From contig JAUVTR010000001.1 in NCBI GenBank assembly GCA_030601425.1, forward strand, positions 1 through 52,980: DNA of 52,980 nt, given 5' to 3'. The position numbers and the translations under genes are program-made. The stretch is from Desulfobacterales bacterium (lineage in GTDB: Bacteria; Desulfobacterota; Desulfobacteria; Desulfobacterales; JAHEIW01). Positions 27,897 to 36,462 of this stretch are shown here, piece by piece. The notes beneath the pieces are model-generated. The model was not told the origin of the DNA. It was given only the letters and a program-made list of their open reading frames with translations, and did no database searches. Every line of letters starts with the position of its first letter. Within the stretch, counting starts at the first letter, position 1.

Positions 27897-28610
27897 TCAT
27901 CCCGATGGGCTCTGTTTTTCAAATGGGAGCGCCTTTTTCCACGGCGGAACCAGCTGTCTTTCTATCGACAAAACCGGGCAGGAAAATCGCCGCACATCGA
28001 TCGCGGGCAATAATTCGCGGGCAACAGTAATAAATTCAAGCGCTAAACCACTTTGTTCGGATAATCCGTTAACAAATTCATAGCCGTCATAAATATCATC
28101 CGCTGAGGTTTCATCAATTAAATTAGCGTTGCCGATAATGCCATCGACAGCCAACTTGGCGGCCTGCTCGATCTCTTTGCGGACTTTGAGACAGCCTTCA
28201 AATGTTTCCGTAAAAGGTCTTAACGGATTGACCACCTGCAAAACCCTTATGAGTCTGTTTTTAAAAGCATCTTCAAGTGTCGCCAGGATGGTCGCGCCAG
28301 CATCATCACCGCCGACATCCAACAGCGTCAACTCAGCGGGCTGGCGTATCATTCCGGCAACAAGCGGACTTAGAATTGGAAGATCGGCATGCAGGTATTG
28401 ATCCGGCGGGAGCACAACCTCAATTCCCATTTCTGAAAGCGGCCCTTTGGCTTCACGCGTTCGAAAATACGGGTTAACCAGATCAAGATCGGCAATGCGC
28501 ACATCCACCCCGGCGCGTTTGCGGTGCACAGCCAGGTTAATGGACACTTCGGTCTTACCGCTGCCGTAGTTACCGACGACAACGACAATTCCTGTTAAAT
28601 TAATTTCCAC
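27897..28610 (-). CDS. P-loop NTPase (SIMIBI-like, possibly a GTPase) of unknown role
   Basis: 237 aa with a GTG start. Walker A GNYGSGKT, DVGG (DxxG-like) and NLID (NKxD-like). Lies upstream of and co-oriented with the oxidoreductase operon. Confidence 0.6.
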   Translation of the reverse strand: MEINLTGIVVVVGNYGSGKTEVSINLAVHRKRAGVDVRIADLDLVNPYFRTREAKGPLSEMGIEVVLPPDQYLHADLPILSPLVAGMIRQPAELTLLDVGGDDAGATILATLEDAFKNRLIRVLQVVNPLRPFTETFEGCLKVRKEIEQAAKLAVDGIIGNANLIDETSADDIYDGYEFVNGLSEQSGLALEFITVARELLPAIDVRRFSCPVLSIERQLVPPWKKALPFEKQSPSG

Positions 28611-28820
28611 CAGTTATCAACTCAATAGCCTAACCCGGAAAAACCGGAAAAGTTAATAGTGCAAAAATAATTATTAAGAGGCTAATGTGGTTCCGATACG
28701 ATGTAAAATGGGCAAAACACACAGGCAACCCAACCAAAAATAGCCTGCATTTGTAAGAATTATTCCCTGTGATGTCAAGCTTTTTCACTTTGAATACGGA
28801 CAGCAATATGATAATAAAAA

Positions 28821-29112
28821 AGTGCCTACAAAAAAAAGTGAGCTAAAATTCAAAATGATCTAAAATGCCTAAAATTAATGAATTCTGCCCGTCGAGAGCC
28901 TCTGGGTCGAACGACTGAGTCGAACGATCCATTTTATTTAAAAAGATGGAGCATGGCGACTCCATAACCCTGGCCCAGACCCTGATTACAGATTTAAGGG
29001 GTTACTCGAAATCCTCCACGTTAACTGAAGTAATCGCATGATAGTATTTTATAGCGCGAGGGCGGGCTTTAGGCACTTTAGATCATTTTAGGCATTTTAG
29101 GCATTTCAGGCA
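28821..29112. repeat. Element J (GCCTAAAAT dialect) enclosing a 191-nt interior with the inverted conserved core
   Basis: 28853-28875 (aaaatgatctaaaatgcctaaaa) pairs with 29067-29089 (ctttaggcactttagatcatttt) at 21 of 23 positions. The interior 28881-28961 carries the reverse complement of the C/G core, with a 38-nt insertion. Confidence 0.8.
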
Positions 29113-29146
29113 ATACATGGGGTTATAAACACCCTTCAGAATAGGA

Positions 29147-30328
29147 GTGACTTTGACGACCGTACAAACCGGACTGGAAAGATTTTTAGAATCACCGCCA
29201 AAATGGATTGCGGACAGCCGTTTGGGACTTTTGTGTAATCCGGCTTCAGTAGACCGGATGCTCAATCATGCCCGATTTCTGGTCGATCGCCGCTTCCCGG
29301 GCAAACTGACCGCCCTGTATTCTCCCCAGCATGGATTTTTCGCAGAAAAACAGGATAACATGATTGAATCCGGTGATATGATTGATCCGGTATTGCACAT
29401 TCCAGTTTACAGCTTATACGGGGAAACTCGAATCCTCACCCAAGAAATGCTTGACCCCATTGATGTACTTATCGTCGATCTCCAAGATGTCGGTACCCGG
29501 GTCTACACCTTTATATATACGCTCTCCCATTGCCTTGAAGCCGCCAAAACGTTTAATAAAAAGGTGTTGGTTCTCGACCGGCCTAATCCGATTAATGGCA
29601 TGACGATAGAAGGCAACTGCTTGAATCCAGATTGGAGCTCATTTGTCGGACGCTATCCCCTGCCCATGCGGCATGGATTAACCATGAGTGAACTGGCCAG
29701 ATTATTTAATGAGCACTTTGACATCGGCTGTGATCTTGACATCATCTCGATGAAGGGCTGGCAGCGATCCATGTTTTTCCAGCAGACGGGACTTCCGTGG
29801 GTTGCACCGTCGCCAAATCTTCCCAGTCCCGTATCGACCATGGTTTATCCTGGACAGGTTATATGGGAGGGCACCAATGTCTCTGAAGCTCGCGGGACAA
29901 CCCTGCCCTTTGAGCTTTTTGGCGCCCCTTACCTGGATCCGCAAAGAATTCTTTCCGCTCTTGACACACAATCAATGCCGGGCATTATCCTCAGACCGGC
30001 AGCATTTGAACCGACAGCAAACAAATGGCAGGCTCAACTATGCCGGGGATTTCAGATTCATGTCACGCAGCCGGAAACATACAGACCGTATGAGACCAGC
30101 CTGCGGCTGCTTCGTGCGGTCATCAAACATTACAAAAACGACTTCAAATGGAAGCAGCCGCCCTATGAATACGAAACCCTGCGTCTGCCTATCGATCTGA
30201 TTATCGGGGATGGCAAAATTCGCAGTCGCCTTGAAAATATGGAGCCCATCGAAACGATTATAGAATCCTGGCAAGCCGAACTTCATGAATTTTTTGAAAT
30301 CAGCCGAACGTTTCACCTTTACAAGTGA
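29147..30328 (+). CDS. namZ: DUF1343 family exo-beta-N-acetylmuramidase (NamZ-like)
   Basis: 393 aa. LLCNPASV, LYSPQHGF, PVYSLYGETR, DLQDVGTRVYTFIYT, VLDRPNPING and PMRHGLTMSELA match the YbbC/NamZ family. No signal peptide is visible. Confidence 0.8.
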   Translation: MTLTTVQTGLERFLESPPKWIADSRLGLLCNPASVDRMLNHARFLVDRRFPGKLTALYSPQHGFFAEKQDNMIESGDMIDPVLHIPVYSLYGETRILTQEMLDPIDVLIVDLQDVGTRVYTFIYTLSHCLEAAKTFNKKVLVLDRPNPINGMTIEGNCLNPDWSSFVGRYPLPMRHGLTMSELARLFNEHFDIGCDLDIISMKGWQRSMFFQQTGLPWVAPSPNLPSPVSTMVYPGQVIWEGTNVSEARGTTLPFELFGAPYLDPQRILSALDTQSMPGIILRPAAFEPTANKWQAQLCRGFQIHVTQPETYRPYETSLRLLRAVIKHYKNDFKWKQPPYEYETLRLPIDLIIGDGKIRSRLENMEPIETIIESWQAELHEFFEISRTFHLYK

Positions 30329-30460
30329 CCAGAGGTCAGATTACAGAGGACAGAGGACAGCAGTCAGATGACAGAGAACATGCGTTAGAAAATGGTGCCA
30401 GCATTCAGTCTACTGTCTTCTGTTATCTGTTTTCTGACTTCTGACATCTGACATCTGACA
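30329..30460. repeat. Heptad-periodic hairpin element K (GTCAGAG/GACAGAG dialect)
   Basis: The left arm 30329-30380 starts on the base after the namZ stop. The right arm 30408-30460 is about 70-75% complementary in heptad register. Confidence 0.85.
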
Positions 30461-30478
30461 AAGTGGGGAGAAACACAA

Positions 30479-31120
30479 GTGGAAACGGATAATCCGGAAT
30501 GGAAGCGAATGCGCTTTAAAAAAAACAAGGTCTGGCTGTCAGTTGATTCTGTCGGAAATCCGGTTGAACAGAACGGAAAGGTTTTAATCAAATATCAGCT
30601 GGATCAGCCGCATGAATATTGGGTTCGCAAAAGCAACATAAAACCCCTGGATACAAAGCCGGTGAAAACTCAACGGTCAGAAAAGAACACAGCGGCGCGT
30701 AAGCCGGGCGGCCGGGAAGAAATCTGCATATTTTCCGACGGCGCTTCATCCGGAAATCCCGGTCCATCTGGAATCGGAGTCGTGCTGCGCTTTGGCGAAC
30801 ATGAAAAAGAAATATCAGAATATATCGGCATGGCAACCAATAATATCGCCGAGCTTAAAGCGATCCAGGCGGGATTGCAGGCCATAAAAAATACCGATCT
30901 TCCGGTACGGATTTTCACTGACAGCAATTATGCACACGGGGTCCTGGCACTTGGCTGGAAAGTTAGGGCAAACAGGGAAATGGTGGAATCTATAAAAAAA
31001 ACAATGGCAAAATTTAAAAATCTAAAGATCGTTAAGGTAAAAGGCCACTCCGGCGATGAAGGCAATGAGCGAGCGGATTTTTTGGCCACATCCGCAATCA
31101 AACATGCCCCCAAAAAGTAA
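30479..31120 (+). CDS. rnhA: Ribonuclease HI with an N-terminal extension of about 85 aa
   Basis: The C-terminal 130 aa carry the RNase H fold motifs (DGASSGNPGPSG, NNIAELKA, TDSNY, HSGDEGNERAD). GTG start with GGGGAG 8 nt upstream; an alternative ATG is at 30509. Confidence 0.85.
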   Translation: METDNPEWKRMRFKKNKVWLSVDSVGNPVEQNGKVLIKYQLDQPHEYWVRKSNIKPLDTKPVKTQRSEKNTAARKPGGREEICIFSDGASSGNPGPSGIGVVLRFGEHEKEISEYIGMATNNIAELKAIQAGLQAIKNTDLPVRIFTDSNYAHGVLALGWKVRANREMVESIKKTMAKFKNLKIVKVKGHSGDEGNERADFLATSAIKHAPKK

Positions 31121-31126
31121 AAAATA

Positions 31127-31162
31127 ATCAGAGCCCGGCATGTCGGCATCCCGGGCTCTGAT
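31127..31162. terminator. Bidirectional terminator-like hairpin between convergent genes
   Basis: ATCAGAGCCCGG / CCGGGCTCTGAT form a perfect 12-bp stem with a 12-nt loop, followed by GGTTTTCC on the plus strand and GATTATTTT on the minus strand. Confidence 0.6.
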
Positions 31163-31184
31163 GGTTTTCCAAATTTAAAAGCCG

Positions 31185-31469
31185 CTATTCCTTCTTGAGC
31201 GTTTCGATCTCGTCTTTAAGACCGTCGATTTCTTTTTTATATTCCTCTACATCCTCACCTCCACTGCTTTCGGGAACGGGCTCAGCGGCTTCATCCGATT
31301 TCCAAGTATCTTTAAGTTCGTCAAAGCCGAGATAAACAGCTAAAGCACCGCCCAGCAAAAGCATCGCTGGGACAATTCCGGCCAAAACCATTAAGAATTG
31401 TCCCCACCAAATGACGAGACCAACGAGGCCCAGTGCCGCTGCGATTGCGCCACCAATTAAAGTTTTCAT
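31185..31469 (-). CDS. Small membrane protein with an acidic coiled-coil tail
   Basis: 94 aa. Two predicted TM helices, then an E/D/K-rich C-terminus. Strong RBS (AAGGAGG) upstream. Confidence 0.6.
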   Translation of the reverse strand: MKTLIGGAIAAALGLVGLVIWWGQFLMVLAGIVPAMLLLGGALAVYLGFDELKDTWKSDEAAEPVPESSGGEDVEEYKKEIDGLKDEIETLKKE

Positions 31470-32054
31470 ATAAAATTAACCTCCTTTCACATAAAATCAA
31501 TTCAAAAGATGAGACTGGCTTTACAAATGGATAACACAATATTATTAATATGATTAGTTGAGAGCGTCAAATAAAAATTACAGGTAAAGGCAAGAATCCA
31601 TTCGATTTTATGCTTCTGTGCACTTTTTTAGAAACAGAACGGCATAGACGCGCGCGCGATAATGTTTGAAAATGCAGCAGGAATCAGGAATTCTGTAATA
31701 TTATTTGCTATCACAACCTATGTGTTTTCACAAGCTTAATTTACACTTTTTCAGATCGGGTGCACCGGGGAGAAGAAGCATATCAGGAAAGATAAACACC
31801 GGCGGGGTTCTGTCACCCTGGCATATTTATGGAGTCACAGAAGTCAAAACCAAACAGAACGAATAAAATATTGCAAAGCACTCTTTGTTCTGTTAGCCTT
31901 AAATTTTATAAATTTGTAAATACTTAGACAAACTCCAACAATCAATCCTCCGAATTCCATGTAGAACATATCGGTCTTCATCCAAATAGTATCAACGTTA
32001 TCTGTAATTTGAAATCAAACGTAGCATTCGAACACAAAACCAAAGGTTGATTAG

Positions 32055-34673
32055 ATGGCGGCAAAATTCAGCCGGAAATGGAACCGATCGATCGGAAAGA
32101 TGCTGAAAGGCACCCACAACCACTATAGTTGCGCCCTTCCGAAGAACCTCGGGCTGTTTTCATCACTTATCCTAAAACTTTTTTATTCCGGCATTAAGAC
32201 TGATAAAAGTCAAACCGACTTACTACAACAACTTGAAGACGACGCCGTCATTGTATACGCTACAAAATATAGAAGCTATTTTGAATACCTGTTTTATTAC
32301 ACCCGATACCAGCAGATTAATCTTCCGTATCCGCAAATTGGCTTTGACTATAGAATCTATTTCTGGCAGCCACTTTCCCGCCTGCTAAAAATGCTTGTGG
32401 CACATGTCGATTACTTTATTCACAAGCGGGCGTTCCCCAACTCATATAAAAGTGGCTATATTCGGCAGGCCCTGCTGGAAAACAAAGCCGGTTTTCTTTC
32501 CCTGGTCAGCAAAAGAGGATTTTACCGCCGCTTTGTGAAATCCCAAACTGATCCAATCCAATATTTAATTGAATTGCAAAAATCCACCGATCGACCGGTT
32601 TATGTTATTCCGCAACTTATGTTCTTCAGTAAAAACCCCCATCGCGCCAATCCGACCCTTATCGATATTTTATTCGGTCCCGAAGATAAACCTGGACGAA
32701 TCCGACGCTTGATCGCATTGTTCAAAAATCCCGGCAAAGTCTTCTTTGAGCTCTCAGAACCGGTGAATCTAAAAACGTATCTCCAAAATGATTCCATTCA
32801 AAACCAACCACTGGAGTATCAATCATTGGTGCTGCGACGCAATCTGCTTGTTCAGCTGAACCGTCATCGCCAAAGCATTACCGGTCCCATTCGCAAGAGC
32901 AGACAAGAGTTGAAGGAAAGCATTCTGACAAGTTCACGCTTTCAGCAATTCATGGACACCTATTCCAAAAACCGAGAACTCCCCATACTTGAAGTCCGCA
33001 AAAAAGCAGATGCGTATATCGAAGAAATTGCCGCCGGCTATAACCCGGCCTATATAAGGATCTACGCAGCTATTGTTGGGTGGATTACTCGCACTATATT
33101 TGACGGGGTCACAATCGATAATAATGCGCTAAATAAAATCAAAAGATTGGCGCTAAAAGGGCCGTTAATCCTGATTCCCTGCCACAAAAGCCATATTGAC
33201 TATCTAATTTTGTCCTATCTGCTGTACAATAATAATATGCCGGTGCCATTGGTTGCGGCCGGCAAAAATCTGTCATTTTGGCCGATGGGGCCTTTATTCC
33301 GCAGTGGCGGAGCCTTTTTCATCCGTCGCACCTTTAGCGGGGCTGTCCTGTATTCAAAAGTTTTTGCTGAATATATCCATAAACTGCTTGAAGAAGGATT
33401 TAACATTGAACAGTTTATCGAAGGGGGCCGCAGCCGAACCGGCAAACTGCTAATGCCCAAACTGGGTTTGCTTTCGATTCTCCTCAATGCTTTCAAAAAC
33501 GGCGCCTGTGATGAAATGATAATCGTGCCGATTTATATCGGCTATGACAGGGTACTGGAAGAAAAGTCGTACCTGCAAGAGCTTGAGGGCGTGCAAAAAG
33601 AACCTGAAACTCTGCGAGGGGTTATCAGGGCCGGAAAATTTCTAAAACAACGCTATGGCAAAATATACATTGAATTTAACGAGCCCATCCTGGTGAATGA
33701 GCTGGTGGAAAAATTGGGTGCCCCCCTGGCGGAAATGAAACCCAAAGAACAAAATGCCTTTTGCCGCAATCTGGGTTACCGGGTCATCAACTCTATTAAT
33801 CGAGCCGCTGTTGTCACCGCCTATGGGCTGGTTGCCAGTGCGATTCTAAACTGTTCCAGAGATCAATTCACATACGGTCAAATGACGTCGATAATCGACA
33901 CTTACATCAAATTCTTAACGACGCAGAACGCCAAGCTGGCCGATACACTGGTACTGGATCAGATTCACGCAATTGAACATGCACTGGATGCCTATGTGCA
34001 AAGTAAATTCATAGAACCGGTTTCAAAAGATAAGGAGATACCTTATTCAGAAAGAAGCTATATAATCAACGTCGCCCGCAGACCCTCTCTTGAATACTAC
34101 AAAAATAATTTCATTTCTTTTTTTATTCCCGCTGCCTTTACAGGTATGGCGATTCTTGAAAAAGATGCCTTTCAATTTTCAGCGGCCGATCTGCATTCCG
34201 ATTATAAATTCTTGCAAAGTTTTTTTAAATTCGAATTCGCTTATGATGTCGACCAAACACCCGAATACTACGTCCGTAAAACCATCAAGGCTTTTATTGA
34301 CGATGCCATTTTAATGCCGCACCAGACCTTGCCTGATACGTATAATGTCACATCAGCAGGCTTACGAAAATTGAAGCTTTTTTCTATTTTCTTAAAAACG
34401 TACTTTGAATCCTACTGGATCGTATTAAACTTCTTGCAGAACAATTCTCAGAACTCCATGAAAGCCAAAGATCGCTTGAAGAAAATAGAAACCAACGCAA
34501 ACCGCATGTATAAACGACATGAAATTGATAACCCGGAAGCGCTTTCTAAAGTCAGTTACAAAAATGCAGTCGAGTTCTTTACCAGCCGAGGAATTAAAGG
34601 ATCAGACGATATCGAGAAGATCGACTTCTACAAAGAAACCATTCGAAAATCACTGAAGACCCTGCAACCTTAA
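32055..34673 (+). CDS. plsB: Glycerol-3-phosphate acyltransferase (PlsB type)
   Basis: 872 aa. The HKSHIDYL H(X)4D acyltransferase motif and FIEGGRSRTGK. Length and layout match PlsB. Confidence 0.85.
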   Translation: MAAKFSRKWNRSIGKMLKGTHNHYSCALPKNLGLFSSLILKLFYSGIKTDKSQTDLLQQLEDDAVIVYATKYRSYFEYLFYYTRYQQINLPYPQIGFDYRIYFWQPLSRLLKMLVAHVDYFIHKRAFPNSYKSGYIRQALLENKAGFLSLVSKRGFYRRFVKSQTDPIQYLIELQKSTDRPVYVIPQLMFFSKNPHRANPTLIDILFGPEDKPGRIRRLIALFKNPGKVFFELSEPVNLKTYLQNDSIQNQPLEYQSLVLRRNLLVQLNRHRQSITGPIRKSRQELKESILTSSRFQQFMDTYSKNRELPILEVRKKADAYIEEIAAGYNPAYIRIYAAIVGWITRTIFDGVTIDNNALNKIKRLALKGPLILIPCHKSHIDYLILSYLLYNNNMPVPLVAAGKNLSFWPMGPLFRSGGAFFIRRTFSGAVLYSKVFAEYIHKLLEEGFNIEQFIEGGRSRTGKLLMPKLGLLSILLNAFKNGACDEMIIVPIYIGYDRVLEEKSYLQELEGVQKEPETLRGVIRAGKFLKQRYGKIYIEFNEPILVNELVEKLGAPLAEMKPKEQNAFCRNLGYRVINSINRAAVVTAYGLVASAILNCSRDQFTYGQMTSIIDTYIKFLTTQNAKLADTLVLDQIHAIEHALDAYVQSKFIEPVSKDKEIPYSERSYIINVARRPSLEYYKNNFISFFIPAAFTGMAILEKDAFQFSAADLHSDYKFLQSFFKFEFAYDVDQTPEYYVRKTIKAFIDDAILMPHQTLPDTYNVTSAGLRKLKLFSIFLKTYFESYWIVLNFLQNNSQNSMKAKDRLKKIETNANRMYKRHEIDNPEALSKVSYKNAVEFFTSRGIKGSDDIEKIDFYKETIRKSLKTLQP

Positions 34674-34688
34674 ATCAAGACATCAAAG

Positions 34689-36413
34689 ATGAAAGCATTG
34701 ATCCTGGCAGCGGGCCTGGGAACCCGGTTGCGGCCCTACACGGACCACACCCCCAAACCGCTTTTCCCCATCCTGGGCAGACCGCTCCTGGATATTATGA
34801 TTACCAAACTGATCGATGCCGGTTGCAAAGCGGTTATTATCAATACGCACCACCTGCACGACCAAATCGAATCGTTTATCGCGCACCAAGCTTACCCCAT
34901 CCCGATCCAAACACGCTATGAACCGAATATTCTTGGGACCGGCGGTGCCATCAGAAATGTTAAAGATTTCTGGAACGATCAACCCTTTATGGTGATTAAC
35001 GCAGATATTTTCACGACAATCGATCTCAAAAGAGTTTACGATTTCCACTGTCGGCATTCGCATCCGGCAACTCTCGTGCTTGCGGACGACCCCGATTTTA
35101 ACAGTATCGTTTGCGACAGCGATGGTTTTGTTACCGAATTTCATCACCGTTCAGACACGACTGATCGATCCTCGATCGCTGCGCTCACCTTTACAGGCAT
35201 CCAGGTATTGGATCCGGAAATCTTAAATTTTATACCTGTTGAGGCGCCATCCAGCAGTATTGATGCCTATACCCGTATGATTGCGGAAGGAAAAAAAATA
35301 AGAGCCTATCTCTCCAAAAAAACTTACTGGAAAGATATCGGTACCGCTGAACGCTACAAATTAGCGGTATTTGAAGTCACAGCACCCGAGGTATTTAAGC
35401 AAGTTTTCCCCGACTTGCAAATCGGCCCTATTTGCCGTGAACCGCTTAAAGGCGATGGGTCCGACCGGCAATGGTCGCGATTAAAAATGGGTACAGCGTC
35501 AATGATAGTCGTTGATCATGGCATCAAGAAAGCCGCTCGGGTAGATGCGGCCGATGCCTTTGTAAACATTGGCCGCCATCTGTTCGACCGGGGCGTGCCG
35601 GTTCCGCAAATCTATGATGGAGATACCTTCGCCGGATATGTGTTTTTAGAGGATCTTGGAAATCTCGATTTGCAAACCATTGTGCAGCAAACCGACAATT
35701 TTGAAAAGATCATCAGCCTGTATCAATCCGTGATTCATCTGCTGACAGAATTTTCGGCATCCGGTGCGGAACAATTCAACGTGGCCTGGACCTATCAGAC
35801 GCCCCGCTATAACAAAAAACTGATTCTGAAAAACGAATGCCGCTATTTTGTAGAAGCGTTTTTAAATACATACCTCGGGTTAGAAGTCATATATGATGAC
35901 TTTAAAAAGGAATTTGAATATCTGGCTGAAAATGCCCTGCAACATGCCTTAGAGGGCCTGATGCACCGGGATTTTCAGTCTCGTAATATTATGGCTAAAA
36001 ATGATGAGTTTTATTTTATCGATTTTCAGGGAAGCCGCCTGGGACCCATCCAATACGACCTGGCATCGTTACTGATTGATCCCTATGTCCAGTTACCGCA
36101 AGACATCCAAACTCAGCTGCTCGGATACTGCGTGGAAAAACTGGAAGCGGATATGAACCTGAATGCCGATAATTTTCGCCGCTGCTATCGGTACTGCCGT
36201 TTGACGCGCAACCTGCAGATTCTGGGGGCATTTGGGCATTTGAGCCGTGTCAAAGCAAAACCCCATTTTGAACAATATATTCCGCCAGCCGTCCGAACGC
36301 TTAGAAACAATCTTAAAAAACACGAACAAAAAACACTGCCAATGCTAAACGCCCTTATGGATAAGATCATCAAACATAATCAAATTCAAAACCCGGTTCG
36401 AAAGGCGACTTGA
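34689..36413 (+). CDS. Fused MurNAc-1-P uridylyltransferase-like (MurU) and MurNAc/GlcNAc kinase-like (AmgK) protein
   Basis: 574 aa. N-terminal LAAGLGTRLRP sugar-nucleotidyltransferase fold, and a C-terminal APH-type kinase with HRDFQSRNIM and IDFQG motifs as in AmgK. Confidence 0.75.
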   Translation: MKALILAAGLGTRLRPYTDHTPKPLFPILGRPLLDIMITKLIDAGCKAVIINTHHLHDQIESFIAHQAYPIPIQTRYEPNILGTGGAIRNVKDFWNDQPFMVINADIFTTIDLKRVYDFHCRHSHPATLVLADDPDFNSIVCDSDGFVTEFHHRSDTTDRSSIAALTFTGIQVLDPEILNFIPVEAPSSSIDAYTRMIAEGKKIRAYLSKKTYWKDIGTAERYKLAVFEVTAPEVFKQVFPDLQIGPICREPLKGDGSDRQWSRLKMGTASMIVVDHGIKKAARVDAADAFVNIGRHLFDRGVPVPQIYDGDTFAGYVFLEDLGNLDLQTIVQQTDNFEKIISLYQSVIHLLTEFSASGAEQFNVAWTYQTPRYNKKLILKNECRYFVEAFLNTYLGLEVIYDDFKKEFEYLAENALQHALEGLMHRDFQSRNIMAKNDEFYFIDFQGSRLGPIQYDLASLLIDPYVQLPQDIQTQLLGYCVEKLEADMNLNADNFRRCYRYCRLTRNLQILGAFGHLSRVKAKPHFEQYIPPAVRTLRNNLKKHEQKTLPMLNALMDKIIKHNQIQNPVRKAT

Positions 36414-36445
36414 ATATTCAATAGTCAATCGAAAATATTCAATCC
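36413..36445. repeat. Solo ATTCAAT arm, a near-identical copy of the right arm of element G
   Basis: aatattcaatagtcaatcgaaaatattcaatcc matches 25400-25432 at 31 of 33 positions. It fills the gap between the murU-amgK stop and the dapB RBS. Confidence 0.9.
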
Positions 36446-36462
36446 AGTTGGGAGGTAGTAAA

